Assembly (NCBI GenBank): GCA_012295275.1
Contig: CM022671.1
Coordinates: 34,286,001 to 34,350,000, forward strand
DNA length: 64,000 nucleotides
From: Chrysomallon squamiferum
Lineage: Eukaryota > Animalia > Mollusca
Reading direction: 5' to 3'
Part shown: piece by piece, positions 1 to 48,067 of the stretch
Position numbering within the stretch: the stretch's first letter is position 1
How the letters are laid out: each line of letters starts with the position of its first letter
Made by a program: the position numbers and the translations under genes
Notes under the pieces: generated by a model
The model's database searches: none
What the model was told of the DNA's origin: nothing
What the model saw: only the letters and a program-made list of their open reading frames with translations

Positions 1-115
1 CCAGTACACGCACAAAACTGTTTACAGGTAATTAGGTCAATGTTTATATCATATCCACACGCTTTCTTTTAAGTTTAAATAATATATCAGTAGGTAGGTA
101 CATTCAAATAGGTAA

Positions 116-146
<31 letters not shown>

Positions 147-181
147 GCGTACATACATACATATATACATATAATTATAAA

Positions 182-353
182 TTTATGACGCGTACTAATC
201 GTTTCCTACGTTCTGTATAAATTATTTTGTATTTATGTGTCATTAATAGTCACACACACATATACACACAAACACACACACACACTTATTAATGATACAT
301 TAATATGAAGGAATTTATTACAGAATGCAGGAAATCATAGTACGCGTCATAAA
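182..353. mobile_element. Foldback / MITE-like palindromic element
   Basis: Perfect 16-bp inverted termini TTTATGACGCGTACTA (182-197) and TAGTACGCGTCATAAA (338-353), extending imperfectly to about 45 bp. A second inverted pair at 235-248 / 287-300 surrounds a CA-repeat loop. Confidence 0.6.
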
Positions 354-391
354 GTTGGGCACTAAATTGTTGATAACTCATAAAGATGCAT

Positions 392-422
<31 letters not shown>

Positions 423-1290
423 GTATGTGTGTGTATGTATGTATGTATATATACTTATATATATGATATATTTCGTGTCTTTATAAGCGGGTTCAGACAA
501 ATGTCGCCGTTACTCGAACAGTTCTGTTCCTCGCAAGAAGTGATGAATGTGTTTGCGCAACGTGATATTTATGATGTAGCTGATCACGCGGGGCTGTATG
601 CAGGCCGCAGTGAATTTTAATTATCATTTGACATTTTTATTTATAATTATGGCGCTTAAGTTACATTTCAAGAAACGTCTGGAGCCGTTATGATAATATT
701 TTGAAAGTAATGATATATTATTTTAAATATATATACACATATCTTTATGCATTAAGATTATATATATATATTTTATATATATAAGATGCATTAAGATTAT
801 ATATATATTGACCAGAGACAGACATTGTACAATATATAACGAGAAAAAGTTATTATATTCACAGGCGTATTTTTGGTGGGCAACAAACAGTTCAAATCTA
901 GACCATTTATCAAAAGATCACTATTTTTTTTTTTTATATATATAACATTCAGGATAATGAATTCCGGCTAATTTCTCTAAATTTCAGCAGAGCAAACCCA
1001 GAGATATCAGATTTAAAGAATAATCGTATGTATTGTGAAAAAAAAAAAAAATAACAAAATTCAATTTTTTTCAGTTGAAAATAAATTTCTAGGTGGTTTC
1101 AACTTTGTTATTATTATTACTTTTATTTAGATGTAATTAATTTCTTTATTTTTTATGTTGTTGTTTGATTTATTTATTTATTTTTTTTTTTTTTTTGTGT
1201 GGGTTTTGTTTCTTTTTGTTTATTTAATTAATTCACTGTAGTAACTGAGTGCAGTTAATTTAACAACTGTGTTGGCTAACTCAATCAGAG

Positions 1291-1339
<49 letters not shown>

Positions 1340-2687
1340 AAAGAAAAACAAAAAGAACAATCAACATGATCTTTATTTATCAACACAGTCTGACTAAGAC
1401 AGCTGAAATATTTTACTCAAACCTAACACGCCCAGGCACACCCAAACACCTCCACACACCCGCACACATTTACACACACAAACCCACATCCACCCACACC
1501 CAGCCACCCATATACACAAAATAAAACAAACAGTCACACACATAAACACACACGTTATATGGAAAGAATGTACATACATACATACATACATACATACATA
1601 CATACATAAATGCATACATATTTAATCAGAGTGATAGAGAGAAAGAAAGAAAGACACTCATGGTTTTATATATATATATGTGTGTGTGTCCGTACACACA
1701 CATACATTAATAGATTAAATGCGCTGATTTCATGCTTTTATTTCATCAGGAATTAAAATGCTGGCTAGGTGCTTTTGCACAACGATTGAGAAAACAGCAA
1801 CAACAACAAAAATTAGAAACAAGCGAAAAAAAAAAAAAAAAAAAAAACAACAACAAACAAACAAAAAAAAAAAAAATTAATAATAAAAAATTAAAAAATT
1901 AAATTAAAAAAAAAGAGAGAGAGAAAGAAAGAACGAAAAAAGAACAGAAGAAAATAACGTAAACGGTTACGAAGATAATTCTTGGTTAACATCGTAAGGA
2001 ATTTATGCTCGGACTCATTTCTGTGTTGAAAAACAAAACGTCTTCGCGAAGGAATTTCCATTTTCGAGAACTAAAGAGCCACTTTAAATCTGACAGATCT
2101 AATGACAGCTGTCTGCTCTTCAGTTAATTCGACCGCCATTTTTGTACCATTAAGTGAGGGACGAGTCCTCTGTGACAGATTTAAGTTGTTGATCATATGG
2201 AAATAACAAATAAAACTGTTCTAAACATATCATATAGCAATGTTAAATGAATATTTTTCAACACATACAGATTAACTTAATGCTTTTTGTATCTTTAGTT
2301 TTGTTTTTCCACTGAAATGTCATCTACTTGTGAATGTAAAACAGAGCTTCGCCGTTATTACCATAATCAAATTTTGTTTTATTACTTCAGAAAATAAAAA
2401 TACGTTGTATTTTTGCGTAGTATGTTCTCAATTTTTATAATATAAGTGAATCACTTGGGCTAAAATTTCTCTTTCCACTGGCAGTGAATGTAATAAAACA
2501 TTACGAAAATTTACACTTATTTAATTACATTTATATAACCTTTACAAAAAACACACACACAACAACACAAAAACAAACAACAATAACAACAAAAAATAAA
2601 AATCGACGAATTAAAAATTTAAAAAAAATTATCAAAAGAAATCCAAACTCTACCAAAACCTCGCGAAAATTCATTTCGATATTTTAA

Positions 2688-2744
<57 letters not shown>

Positions 2745-4198
2745 CAATAATAAAAAGTATCTCTTTCATGATGTATTATTATTTTATTATTAGTTTTCAA
2801 AATACTTCTCTGAAACAAATAAAAATAAATAAATAAAACAAAATAAAATAATATAAAATAAAATAAAATAACAGTATTAAAGTGAAATAAATAAATAACA
2901 AGTAAAACAAATGAATAGAGTAAAAAAAAAAAAAATGAAAAAAAAAATGAAAAAATAAAAAAATAAAATGAAATAAAATAAATAAACAAACAAAAATAAA
3001 AACTAAAACAAACCTACTCTACCAATGTCCCCTGTATCTGTTTCAAAACGACAATTCACTGGTAATTTTTTTATTTCTCTTTTTCGGTGATAAAATGAAT
3101 GTTTTGCATTCGGTATGCCAACAGTTTTGTTTATGTCATTCGGAATGAAACCATTCAACGTACGATAAAAAATAAAAAAATAAAAAAATATATATATGGA
3201 TGGGTGAATGTCCAGGATTTGCTTGAATTTTTTAATTGATCGCGAGATAGTTAGTGGGGCTGACTCAGTGAAAACATAAATAATTTAAAAGTATTTTCTT
3301 TCCTAATTCTGACTCACCCATCTAACATTACATTCATTTTTTTGTTTTTTTAAAGATATATATTCTTAAATCTCTTTAGTTTTTTTCTTAAGTTACTAAA
3401 AATAACATACTGATCATTTATACACACGCATACACACACGTACATACATACACAACTGCATATATACATAAGGGTATTTAAGAAGAAAACTAAATTTGTT
3501 GAGGTATTTTGTGAGGAATGATTGCATTATGCAACGTCAGAATTGATCGCAAAAACGTAGGACATATTAGAGCATGACTATACATTTTGTATAAAAACAA
3601 AGAAAAAATAAAACAAACAAAAACATATTGAGATCAGGAAAATAAATCAAATTGTCAGGAAAAAAAACCCAAAACCCCCCCCAAAAAAAAACCCCCAAAA
3701 AATAAAAACAAACAAACATAATAATAATAATAATGATTTATTTAGAATGAAACACATAATCCAAAGGATGACATCTGTCGTTAACAGCAACGACAATGTA
3801 AATGTTGACGATATTGTTTACAGAAGCGGATAAAGTAAAACTAGTCGCTGAATTAGTAGTCGTAGTTGTAATACTGCAGTCACCGCTGTCAGGAAGACAC
3901 CAGTATCAATAGTAATAGATTAGATAAACAAAACAAAAACACGCAGAAAATAACATTATTCAGATATAATTATATTCAGTCTTACTCGAAAGGGAATTTT
4001 GGATTATTTTAATGAAAGTATGTTTTATTGTTGTTGTTGTTGTTGTGATTGTTGCCGTTGCTGTTGTTATTATCATCATCATCATTAATGTTATTATTAT
4101 TATGATTGTTGTTGTGCTGGTATTGTTGTTCTTAACATTATTATCATTATCATTATTATTATTACTGTTAATATTATTGCTATTGTCATTAATTCTAC

Positions 4199-4243
<45 letters not shown>

Positions 4244-4332
4244 GTGTTCTTACTTCTGTCCTCCTTCTCCTTCTAACTTCAGTTTCTTCTACACATCATC
4301 ATCATCATCATCTTCTTCTTCTTCTTCTTCTT

Positions 4333-4363
<31 letters not shown>

Positions 4364-4382
4364 TTATTATTATTATTCACAG

Positions 4383-26991
<22,609 letters not shown>

Positions 26992-27386
26992 GACGGAAAG
27001 AAGAAAAAAGAAAACAAAGAGAACAAAAGACAACCAGATTGAACAGCAGACTAAGTGAAATATACCAATCGTCAGTAAAAACAATAGTGTTACGTACATT
27101 CTTGGCTGACCTCGTTTAACTCTTTATTTTTGTTGTTGTAATTTTTCCATCATGGATGCATCGCTTTTGCAGTTTTTATTTATTGTTTCTAAATACGGTT
27201 CACGCTAACTTTCTTTTTCTAAAACATTATTTATACTTATGTTTCAGTTTGTGATCTTTCTATCTATCTATCTTTCTTTGTTATTTATTTATTTATTTTT
27301 TATTGTTGTTTTAATCTGGATACTTCTGTAAACATACTACATATTTACCATATGCAAAATATTAAATGATGTATTTCATCTATTCC

Positions 27387-27422
<36 letters not shown>

Positions 27423-27604
27423 TTTCAGGCCTTACAAAATTAATAAATGCAGTAACATTAATCTTGTTGGACTGCTTAATGCATAATGTAACCCACTAAG
27501 ATTTGTTCCAACAAATTTAATATACACTGACATATATCAATATTAAATTATCTGTTTTAGTTACAGAGTACACTAATAATTTCAAACATTATTTTAGAGG
27601 TCTA

Positions 27605-27711
<107 letters not shown>

Positions 27712-30090
27712 ACCCACATGTACATACAGTTTATGAACCAACGTGCCCTTACTCAAAGGGTAAGAATAGTTGTAAATAGCATCAATTGTTTGTATTTAAA
27801 AAAAAACTAAAAAAAATTTTCATATCTGTACATATCTGTACAGGATAATCATTAACCAAAAAACATCTTTTCTTTTATTTTTTTTTTTTTTTTTTTTTTT
27901 TCTTTCTTTATTTATTCATTTATTTACTTTCAGCCCATATTGTTAACAATCTCATTATATATTTTTTAATCATCTACATTATTATGATTATAAATTGTTT
28001 TATTTCATTTGTGTACTAAAAATTTAATATTACTCTACTGTTAACTTTACTTACAATTTTTATTTCGCTTTTTATTTTTTATTTTTTCTCTTAATGTATT
28101 TGCCTAATGAATTTTAACTCTTTTTTTCCCCTCACTTATTTAAAATATTAAATAAAAAAAGACAAAGATATTTTCATCGCAAATAAATTATAACACAAGA
28201 ATTAAAATGTCTATTAACAATAAATTATTATATAATCGTATTTATTTATTAAAGTAGATAATTCAGAAATGCTTTTGTTGTTTATGGGGATATAAAACAA
28301 ATATATCATCGATTAAAATGTAAAGATCGATAATTTTAGATAAACCTTTCTTATATATCTTTTGTCTTTGTGTCTGTCATACATCAGATATTTAATCATT
28401 TAGTCATATATAAAAATAAAATAAAAAAATAAAAACAATAATATAAAATAATAAATAAAAAATGTTTGTAGAAAAAATAAGAAAAGAAAAAATCACTTTA
28501 TTTGCTCGTTTTGTTTTTATTTTTATTAAGCGTTTTTAATTTGCTTCGTTTGGATTGGCTTTTCTAACAAACATTTCTTTATTTATTTATTTTATTTTAT
28601 TTTATCTTTATTGGGTTTTTTAAAAATATTTTTCGAGTCAGTAACATGTGTGGAAATACTAAAGTTATGCTTTAAATTGATTTTATTTTTCTTACTGCTG
28701 TTTGGAGATTTTGTTAAATAAACACACACACACGCACTCACGCACGCATACAAAATTCAATAAATTCTTTTAAAATTAATTTTATGTTTATTTTATTTTT
28801 GAACAATGTATATATATATATATAAATGGATAAATAAATAAAGCTGTAATTAAAATTTTTTAAATTATATCCAAGGAACAAAATAAATATATAAATATTA
28901 GTAATGAAAACAGAAACACAGGCCGCCCTTGTTTTACGTTTCTGATGAGTTATCATTTCTGCGCTGAAGCGTTCTGTTGTACTAGTAGCCAACAGGGATA
29001 TCGGTTGCCCCCAAATCACTGGTCTTTCACTTTGAAAATAACTGAAAAATAAGAAAACTCATAATAATAATAATAAATAAATAAACAATAAAAAATAAAG
29101 AACAGAAAATGAAGAAAAATAAAATCATTTCATGGATTTTGAAAAGATTTAAATATGGCGTAAAATCTTTGCTTTTGTTCGTTTCCTTTGTCTTGTGTTT
29201 TGAGTTTAGCCTACATCTGAGCCTGTTTCCTGATAGAAATTTTAGACCTAACCCGACTCTGTATTATATATACAAAATGTGATTTTCTTCTCTTTTTTTT
29301 TCTATCAAAAATCAATTCCAAAATGTTTTGTTCTACAAATGCACCCAGTCCGATCTCTTCTGGTAATGTTTGGAATGACTGATTGATTTTGACTGTGGCG
29401 CCCTCTTTCGACGTCTCAAATCTTTCAAAGCCAATCGCATCAGTGAAAATATGTTTTAAATTTCTTTTTGTTTCAAATAATTGAAGAAATTTTTTTTTTT
29501 TTTTTTTTTTTAAGCGGTTATTATTATTATTATTATTCGGGATATGTTCTGTAAATCGCAAAGCGGCCGATTTAATCAAACCGTCGTAAAAACAGGGCAG
29601 CTTGTAACAACATCAAATAAATAAATAAATGTTTGTCGATCCTGTGACGTTATCTTCCAGTAACAAAAAGCAGATACATTTACAATACAAAAACTGGAAA
29701 CACTCGCTGGATTAGCAACGACTACTACGACGTCGTGAAACCTAAAATGATAATAACAACAACTACAGCAACGGAAGATGAATTTGGCTCTGTATGTACG
29801 TTGTCACTGTTGCAATAGCTAATGGAATATTCTCCAACCCAAGGGTCAGGTCTACGGATGTTTTATATGAACGATATCAAACGTTTTTGCTTGATACGAA
29901 AATAAACTTGCTTGTATATGTCTGTTTCGACAAAATGTTTTGAAGTTTATACTTATTAGTGGTGATTCTAATTTTATTTTGCTTTATTATTTATTTTTAT
30001 TTCTTGTTGGAATTATTTATTATTTAAGTTACATTTCAGCAGTATAGTATTTTTTATATTTTTGATTTTGATTTATTTATTTATTTATTT

Positions 30091-30154
<64 letters not shown>

Positions 30155-31306
30155 GATGGTGGTGGTGTTTTTTATTTGTTATATATTTATTTATTTTACT
30201 CATTTCTTATTTGATTTATTTCTTATTTATTTTTTTACTTATTTTTTTTATTTTATATAATTTTATATTTTTGTTGTTGTTGTTTTTTGTTTTCTAATTT
30301 CAGGAGATTAAATCTACTTTACCATAATTTAACATCAAAGTAGCATTTATTTATTTATTTATTTATTTATATATTTATTCTATATTTTATTTTAATTATT
30401 ATTATTTTTTTTTATTATATTCTTTTTGTTTTGTTGTTTGGGTTTTAATAAAAGAAGAAAAGAAATAATACTGCATGCATAATCAAATTAAAGTTTTAAA
30501 AATCATCTGTTTCAAATATTTTTCAGTGTACGATAGAAATGATATGATTTTCGGTTTCGGTAAACTTTGTGTATTTCGCATTCGTTCTGTTTTCACAGTT
30601 ACAGAAGAAATGTCTGTCTGTCTGCCTGTTTGCCTGTCTGGTCTGTCTCTCACTGATTTTTTTTCTCTATTTTAACAAAAAATAATAATAATTTTTTTTT
30701 AAAGAATTTATGACTACAGTAAACTTTTGGTAAATAAATACTAGTTTTTTTTTTCTCTCTCTTTTAAATAAATTCATATGTATTTTATATATATATAATT
30801 TTTTGTCATGTACATAAATTAAACTGTTTATATGTATGATCGAACCCAGGGCAACTGTGTATAGTTTAAATCGAATCTGGACTAATTATTGTTTTTAAAA
30901 TAATTTTTACAAATAAAAAAGAATATACATTTTCTTTCAGGAAATGTACCTTTTTATCCCTTTTTTATTTTTCTAAACTAATTTATTATTATTATATGTA
31001 ATATGTGTTTATTTATGTAAAATATATTTTTCAAGTTGTAGTTAATAATAATGAATGTAACAACGACAGTACTACTACTACTACTAATAATAATGTTGGA
31101 GTTTAAATAAATAATAATAAATACAAAATAATAAAAAGTAAAAATGTCATCTTTTTTACGAGCAGTATACACAACTAATTTTGCCGATTTAAATATTTTA
31201 TATATATATATTTTTGTTTATTTATTTATTAATAATATTATTATTTTATATTTAGTTTCTGTTTTTTTATTTATTTATTTATTTATTATTCTTCTTGTTA
31301 TTCCTA

Positions 31307-31359
<53 letters not shown>

Positions 31360-32415
31360 GTTGTTGTTATTATTATTTTATTTCAATATACAGGGTTGTT
31401 ATGAAATATCTACGTACTTAATAATTTACAAAACAGTGTAAAGAAATGTAAGATCTTGGTTTACATCATGTAAATGTATATCACGCGTACAGTCGCATTC
31501 ACAAGATTAAAGAAATTGAATTTCACAGATGCACTATAATTAAACCACACGTGCAAACCGATTTATAAATTTTAAAAAAGTGCTGTACCGTATTCTAGTG
31601 ACAACTTCAACTCTATACATAATAGAATCCTTAATAAATGAAATATAACCTTCAAAAATCTATACGAGAAGCTTCTTGACTTAATATACATTTTAAAACT
31701 CAATGAAAAATGATGAACAGAACTTTTCAGATAGCGGTTTTCCGAAAGGCAGATAAATGGACTCTATTACCGGCATAGATTATTATTATTATTTATTTAT
31801 TATTAATTTTTTTTTTTTCTGATGTTATTACGTTTTTATAAATTACATTCTGTAGTTGTTATATCATATTTCCATAAGTAAATGAACATTTAACACCCTT
31901 GTGTTTTTTGTACATTAAAATTTATTATGCGAAATATGTGTGTGTGTGTGTGTGTGTGTGTGCTATGAGGATGCTATGGATTATAAGCATGGGACATTTA
32001 TAAACTGGATAAAGACACTGCAAAATGCAATTATCAAGAACTGATTCTGTGACCACATCTCAGATGCTTAAGAACTGGTTTTTTGCTTGCTAAGGTCAGT
32101 AATCCATTCTGGTTCCAGAAGGGAAGAATTTAATAACATGAAAAATCTGTACTGTGTACTGTCTGTATATTTGTTGGTATTAAATAAAATGTAAAATTAG
32201 AATTATGGCAGCCTGAGAACAACTGAACCAGAAGATTAACACACAAAAAATTTACCATACAACGGTAGAAATTAAATTTTACATATATATATATATATAT
32301 ATAACAACAATGCACACAATTAATTATATACAAAATCAGTTTTCACCATAGCATGTTCTCAGCTCTACTCAAAGACAAAGGTATGTGTTTGTCTTTTGAG
32401 TTATAATAATTAGTA

Positions 32416-32458
<43 letters not shown>

Positions 32459-32679
32459 GAATAAAAATAATTAAAAAAAAAACCTCTCTCATTATCCCTA
32501 AGGTTCGTAACTATGAACAAGTATGACTCCACCAAACTGCAGACAAAATATACAAATGTCATTAATTTAAATACTCATCCTTCATTCTAAATACACATAA
32601 AACAAAACTTCAAAATAGATAAAAACAATATTTTTTATTACATACAGTTATTTACTTATTCTATTTTGTGTTTTTTGTT

Positions 32680-44009
<11,330 letters not shown>

Positions 44010-44474
44010 AATTCCAAAATATCTGTAAAGCGAAAACAAAATACACGTGCTATCCTCGATAAGATTCAATGACTAGAGACGTCTAAATAAATCGAGACTA
44101 TAAGAATTATCTCCCTTGTACTATAAAAATAATTACGTGTATGGCGTAGCCAAAAACAAACAAACAAACAAAATAATAATAAAATAAAATAAAATAAAAT
44201 AAAATAAAATAAATAATAATAAACGTAATAAAGCAATACTTATTAAGAGATTAAGAAGAAGAAACAAACACTAACACTAACGAACTTCAGTTTTTATTGC
44301 TGTTGGAGTTGTTTGACACTACAACGCCGTCATATTATTTCGTCTTCATTTCAAGCGGCTGAACTCGGAACTGAATTTTTAAAATTATTATTATTATTAT
44401 TATTACTATTATTATTTTATATATATGTTATATTTTATAGGCTACTTTTGACTGAATAACAATTAACAAACAAG
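44010..44474. promoter_or_regulatory. Probable bidirectional promoter between RRP9 (-) and the + strand GT31 gene, including a putative 5'UTR exon of the latter
   Basis: RRP9 ATG at 44009 on -. On +, Inr-like TCAGTT at about 44287 and donor AAG|GTATGC at 44474/44475, with acceptor TTATTCAG at 45780 six nt before the GT31 ATG. The region is relatively CpG-containing. Confidence 0.45.
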
Positions 44475-45786
44475 GTATGCAGCCTTCAGTGATTTCTAGC
44501 TTTTAATAGGTCTGGAAAGGCACATCCCATGTTTAAAAGCTATTAGTCTAATGACACCATCATATACAGCACCACGTAGTCAAACCAATCCTCTTACCCA
44601 CACGTTAATCTACAATATATCACACACAGCTTTAACAATAAATTTAATATTTCTGCCACCATGATTAAAAAAACTAAAAAAAACCTAATAATAATAATAA
44701 TAATAAAAATTAAAAAAAATTACTACAAACAAAATTAAAAACAAAAACTAATTTAAAAAGTTTAATTACTCTCCCGTAAAAAAAAATAAATAATAATAAT
44801 AATATAAAAAAAAATAAAAACACCCAACAACCACACAATAACTTTCAAATTTGTTTTTAATTTATTTATTGTATATTTTTAAAATAACCTATTTCTTAGC
44901 TTATACATGCATACATACGTACAAACATACATACGCAGTTTTAATATCTATCGATCGTATTAAAAGAAAAATAGAAAGAGGTCAATACCGGACAATAGTT
45001 GGAACTTAAGTGCTACAAAGTTTAACCTGCGAAGGCAATAACGTAAATATGTTACATGATAATAAAATATCGTTTTGTAAAATTTTACGACGCTCTAACG
45101 TAGTTTTGAAATCAATGGACTCATTTCAACTGTTAACTTTTCACTAAAAGCATCACACGTTGCAGTTGCATTCTGCGATCTAATTATGCAGATCCGTATT
45201 TAAAATACTTGCGTTGCGAAATATCAATCCATTTCTCATGCAGTTAACGTTTAGAAATGCTACGGTAAATTATCATAAAACCAATTATTTTGGAAAGTTT
45301 TCTATCTTAATGTTGTATAAGCAGTTGTAGGTGTTTTTCCTCGAATACATCTCAAATATTATACGGTATGTAAATTTATTTTAAATGTTCTGTTTATTTA
45401 TTTATTTATTATTTGTTTTAATTCCTGAAAGGGAAGAGTGCATTTCTGTATAATCTCTGATTAGGTATATATTTACATCTTTGAATGTGTGTTTCTGTGT
45501 GTGTGTGTTTGTTTTATATACATTATACGAATATAAATATATATATAGACAGATAGACAGACACAGACAGACAGACAGATATATACATATTTAATATTTC
45601 TTGGACATTAACTAACTGACTTAATGCAAAGAAACCAAAATAAACAGCTATAGCAATGATGATGGTGATGATGATGATGATGATGATAATAATAACTATT
45701 AGAAATATAATAAATAACAACAATGAGATCTGTGTAATTACTTTGTCATTTTTTTTTTTTATTCTGTTTTATTTATTCAGGTTACG

Positions 45787-46845
45787 ATGAAGCTGAGCTT
45801 CGTGTTTGGTTTTCTAAGAAAACTGGGAAGAATTCGTTCAATTTCTATATTTATGGTCATCTGTCTTCCACTTCTCATGCTAATCTCGAAAGTTTCAGTC
45901 TTCAGCACCAGAAACAAACTATCAGTCGATGACATTATTAAACACAATAGATCTCTGAGTTTTCTACCATCGTTCAGCAGAATAGAAAACTCAACATCAC
46001 AAGCGAAAATACTGATAGAATATATTATCAACCCACACCATTTCACGTACATTCATAAACCTGTCAATCTTTGCAAAGGAAAGAAAGTGTTTATCATAAC
46101 ATATATCCACAGTTCTCCAGAAAATTTTCATAAACGCCAAACAATCAGGAAAACATGGGGAAACATAAAACGGTTTGTGAAAGAAACAATTCTCGTTGTG
46201 TTCATCATGGGACAAGTGGACGACCACGACGTCATGCGGTCGGTGAAGAACGAATCTGAATTTTATGGCGACATCGTACAAGAAGATTTCAAGGATTCCT
46301 ATCGCAACTTAACCTACAAGGCGATAGCTGGGTTAAAATGGGTGTCCACGTACTGCAGTCAGGCCGTGTACGTTCTCAAAACAGACGATGACATCTTCGT
46401 CAACTGGTTTATATTCTTGCCCTACATACAGTCTCGCATTGAATATTCGTACAGAAACGTTGACTGGATCCTGTGCGCTGTAATAACGCGAGGTGAAGTA
46501 ATTCGCAATAATCAGTCTAAGTGGTACGTCAGTAAAAAAGAACACCCGTCTGATGTTTACGAAACTTACTGCTCCGGGTCCGCTTTCTTAATCACCCCAA
46601 GGGTCGCGCGGAAATTATACGAGGTTTCGCTCACCACCCCTTTCTTCTGGATCGACGACATTTACATCACAGGACATCTAGTCAGCAAGCTGAACATCCG
46701 TCACTTAATTTTCAACAGCGCCTACGTTTTCTCGTCCTGCCTAATGGCATTTAAACTGGACGTGAAACATAACTACGTTTTCTACCACACAGATACTGAA
46801 ACTATGGTTTTCTTTTGGAATAATTTGACTTCATGGAGAGTTTGA
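45787..46845 (+). CDS. GT31 beta-1,3-galactosyltransferase-like type II membrane protein, copy 1 (352 aa, single coding exon)
   Basis: N-terminal TM anchor; motifs RQTIRKTWG, E...YGDIVQEDFKDSYRNLTYK, YVLKTDDD (DxD), SKWYV, YCSGSAF, WIDDIYITG, terminal His. Confidence 0.95.
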   Translation: MKLSFVFGFLRKLGRIRSISIFMVICLPLLMLISKVSVFSTRNKLSVDDIIKHNRSLSFLPSFSRIENSTSQAKILIEYIINPHHFTYIHKPVNLCKGKKVFIITYIHSSPENFHKRQTIRKTWGNIKRFVKETILVVFIMGQVDDHDVMRSVKNESEFYGDIVQEDFKDSYRNLTYKAIAGLKWVSTYCSQAVYVLKTDDDIFVNWFIFLPYIQSRIEYSYRNVDWILCAVITRGEVIRNNQSKWYVSKKEHPSDVYETYCSGSAFLITPRVARKLYEVSLTTPFFWIDDIYITGHLVSKLNIRHLIFNSAYVFSSCLMAFKLDVKHNYVFYHTDTETMVFFWNNLTSWRV

Positions 46846-48021
46846 ATTTGGTGATATGATTTTAAAATAATTATCTTCGTTTGTGCTGTTCAGATGTTTA
46901 AATTATTTTCATCAATATTTAGTTCATATGATTTTTGTCGATCCTCGTTGACAAATTGATCAAGGACACTAAATTATATAAGATTATTAACAGATTACGA
47001 TTAACATTTACGATAAGTTTACGACTTTTTCGGTTTTAGTTCTTTCTCATATCCAATTTCAGTATTCATACGTAAACCGGTACACACACAGGCACAGAAT
47101 ACAAAAACACGCATATGCTCATGTATTTTATTTATTTCGTTTTAATATCGATTACACTAATTACAGGATCGATATTGATCCAAAGGATATAACTATTTAG
47201 CTGTTGTTGAAACTGTTCTTTGTATTCCTTGTAGCAGATTGAATTCAGCTGAAATAAATATTAATTTTAATCTAGTCAATTATTTAGTTATTTATTCCGT
47301 TATTAGAAATTTGTACACAACCCTGAATTAGAATGTTACATTACAATATAGAACAAATTATATATCAAACAACACCATACACTTTATTTAAAATAATAAT
47401 GTATTGGAGAATGCAGGGATTTTTCAGAGGAGAGTTAGAAACTTTTTTAGAGAAAGACGTACATATTTCTCTGCAGAGCTAAAGATTTCTTTTAATTTTT
47501 TTTTTTTTTTTTTTTAATTTTTTTTAGAGAAAGTCTTAATTACGTCACTGGAGGGCTGAGATATTTTAATCGATTAAACGTGAATTCTCTTTTGCACAAC
47601 TAAAGGTATTTTATTAGAGAAGATCTGAGTATTTCATTACAGAATACCTAGTCAAATTTTTATTAGAAACTTCACTTCAGGCCTGGGTAGGCTGAGATTT
47701 GTTAACAACTTGCTTACGACCGTTTCTGGATGAGCCTCAATAACGACCTGTAACTGAAAATAACCGTGTGACATTAATTTGATCTGTGTCATTCAGCAAT
47801 TTGTGTTTAGGAAGAAAAAATACAACGTGTCATTATGTAGAAAGAAGAAACATGGCTGATTAAAGAAACAGAGGTCTGTTTCACTTCTGTATAACGACGT
47901 GTCAGTCAGAATAATTATATGGGTGACTGTTTGACCACAGTGTTTTGTGACTCACGGGAATTTCTTAAATGTATGTATGTATGTATGTATGTATGTATGT
48001 ATATATGTGTGTGTGTGTGCA

Positions 48022-48067
<46 letters not shown>

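Noticed and set aside
28910-28975. CTGATGA as a hammerhead ribozyme core
   Set aside because: No proper stem II followed by GAAA and no viable stem I.
45997-46545. Antisense ORFs overlapping GT31 genes (MYDVAIKFRF... and copies) and the cadherin exon (11111-12921)
   Set aside because: Shadow frames of real coding sequence; recurrence is explained by duplication.
46645-46675. IDD instead of the usual xED catalytic motif in the GT31 copies
   Set aside because: DD at this position occurs in functional invertebrate GT31 enzymes such as Drosophila Brainiac, so it is not evidence of novelty or inactivity.
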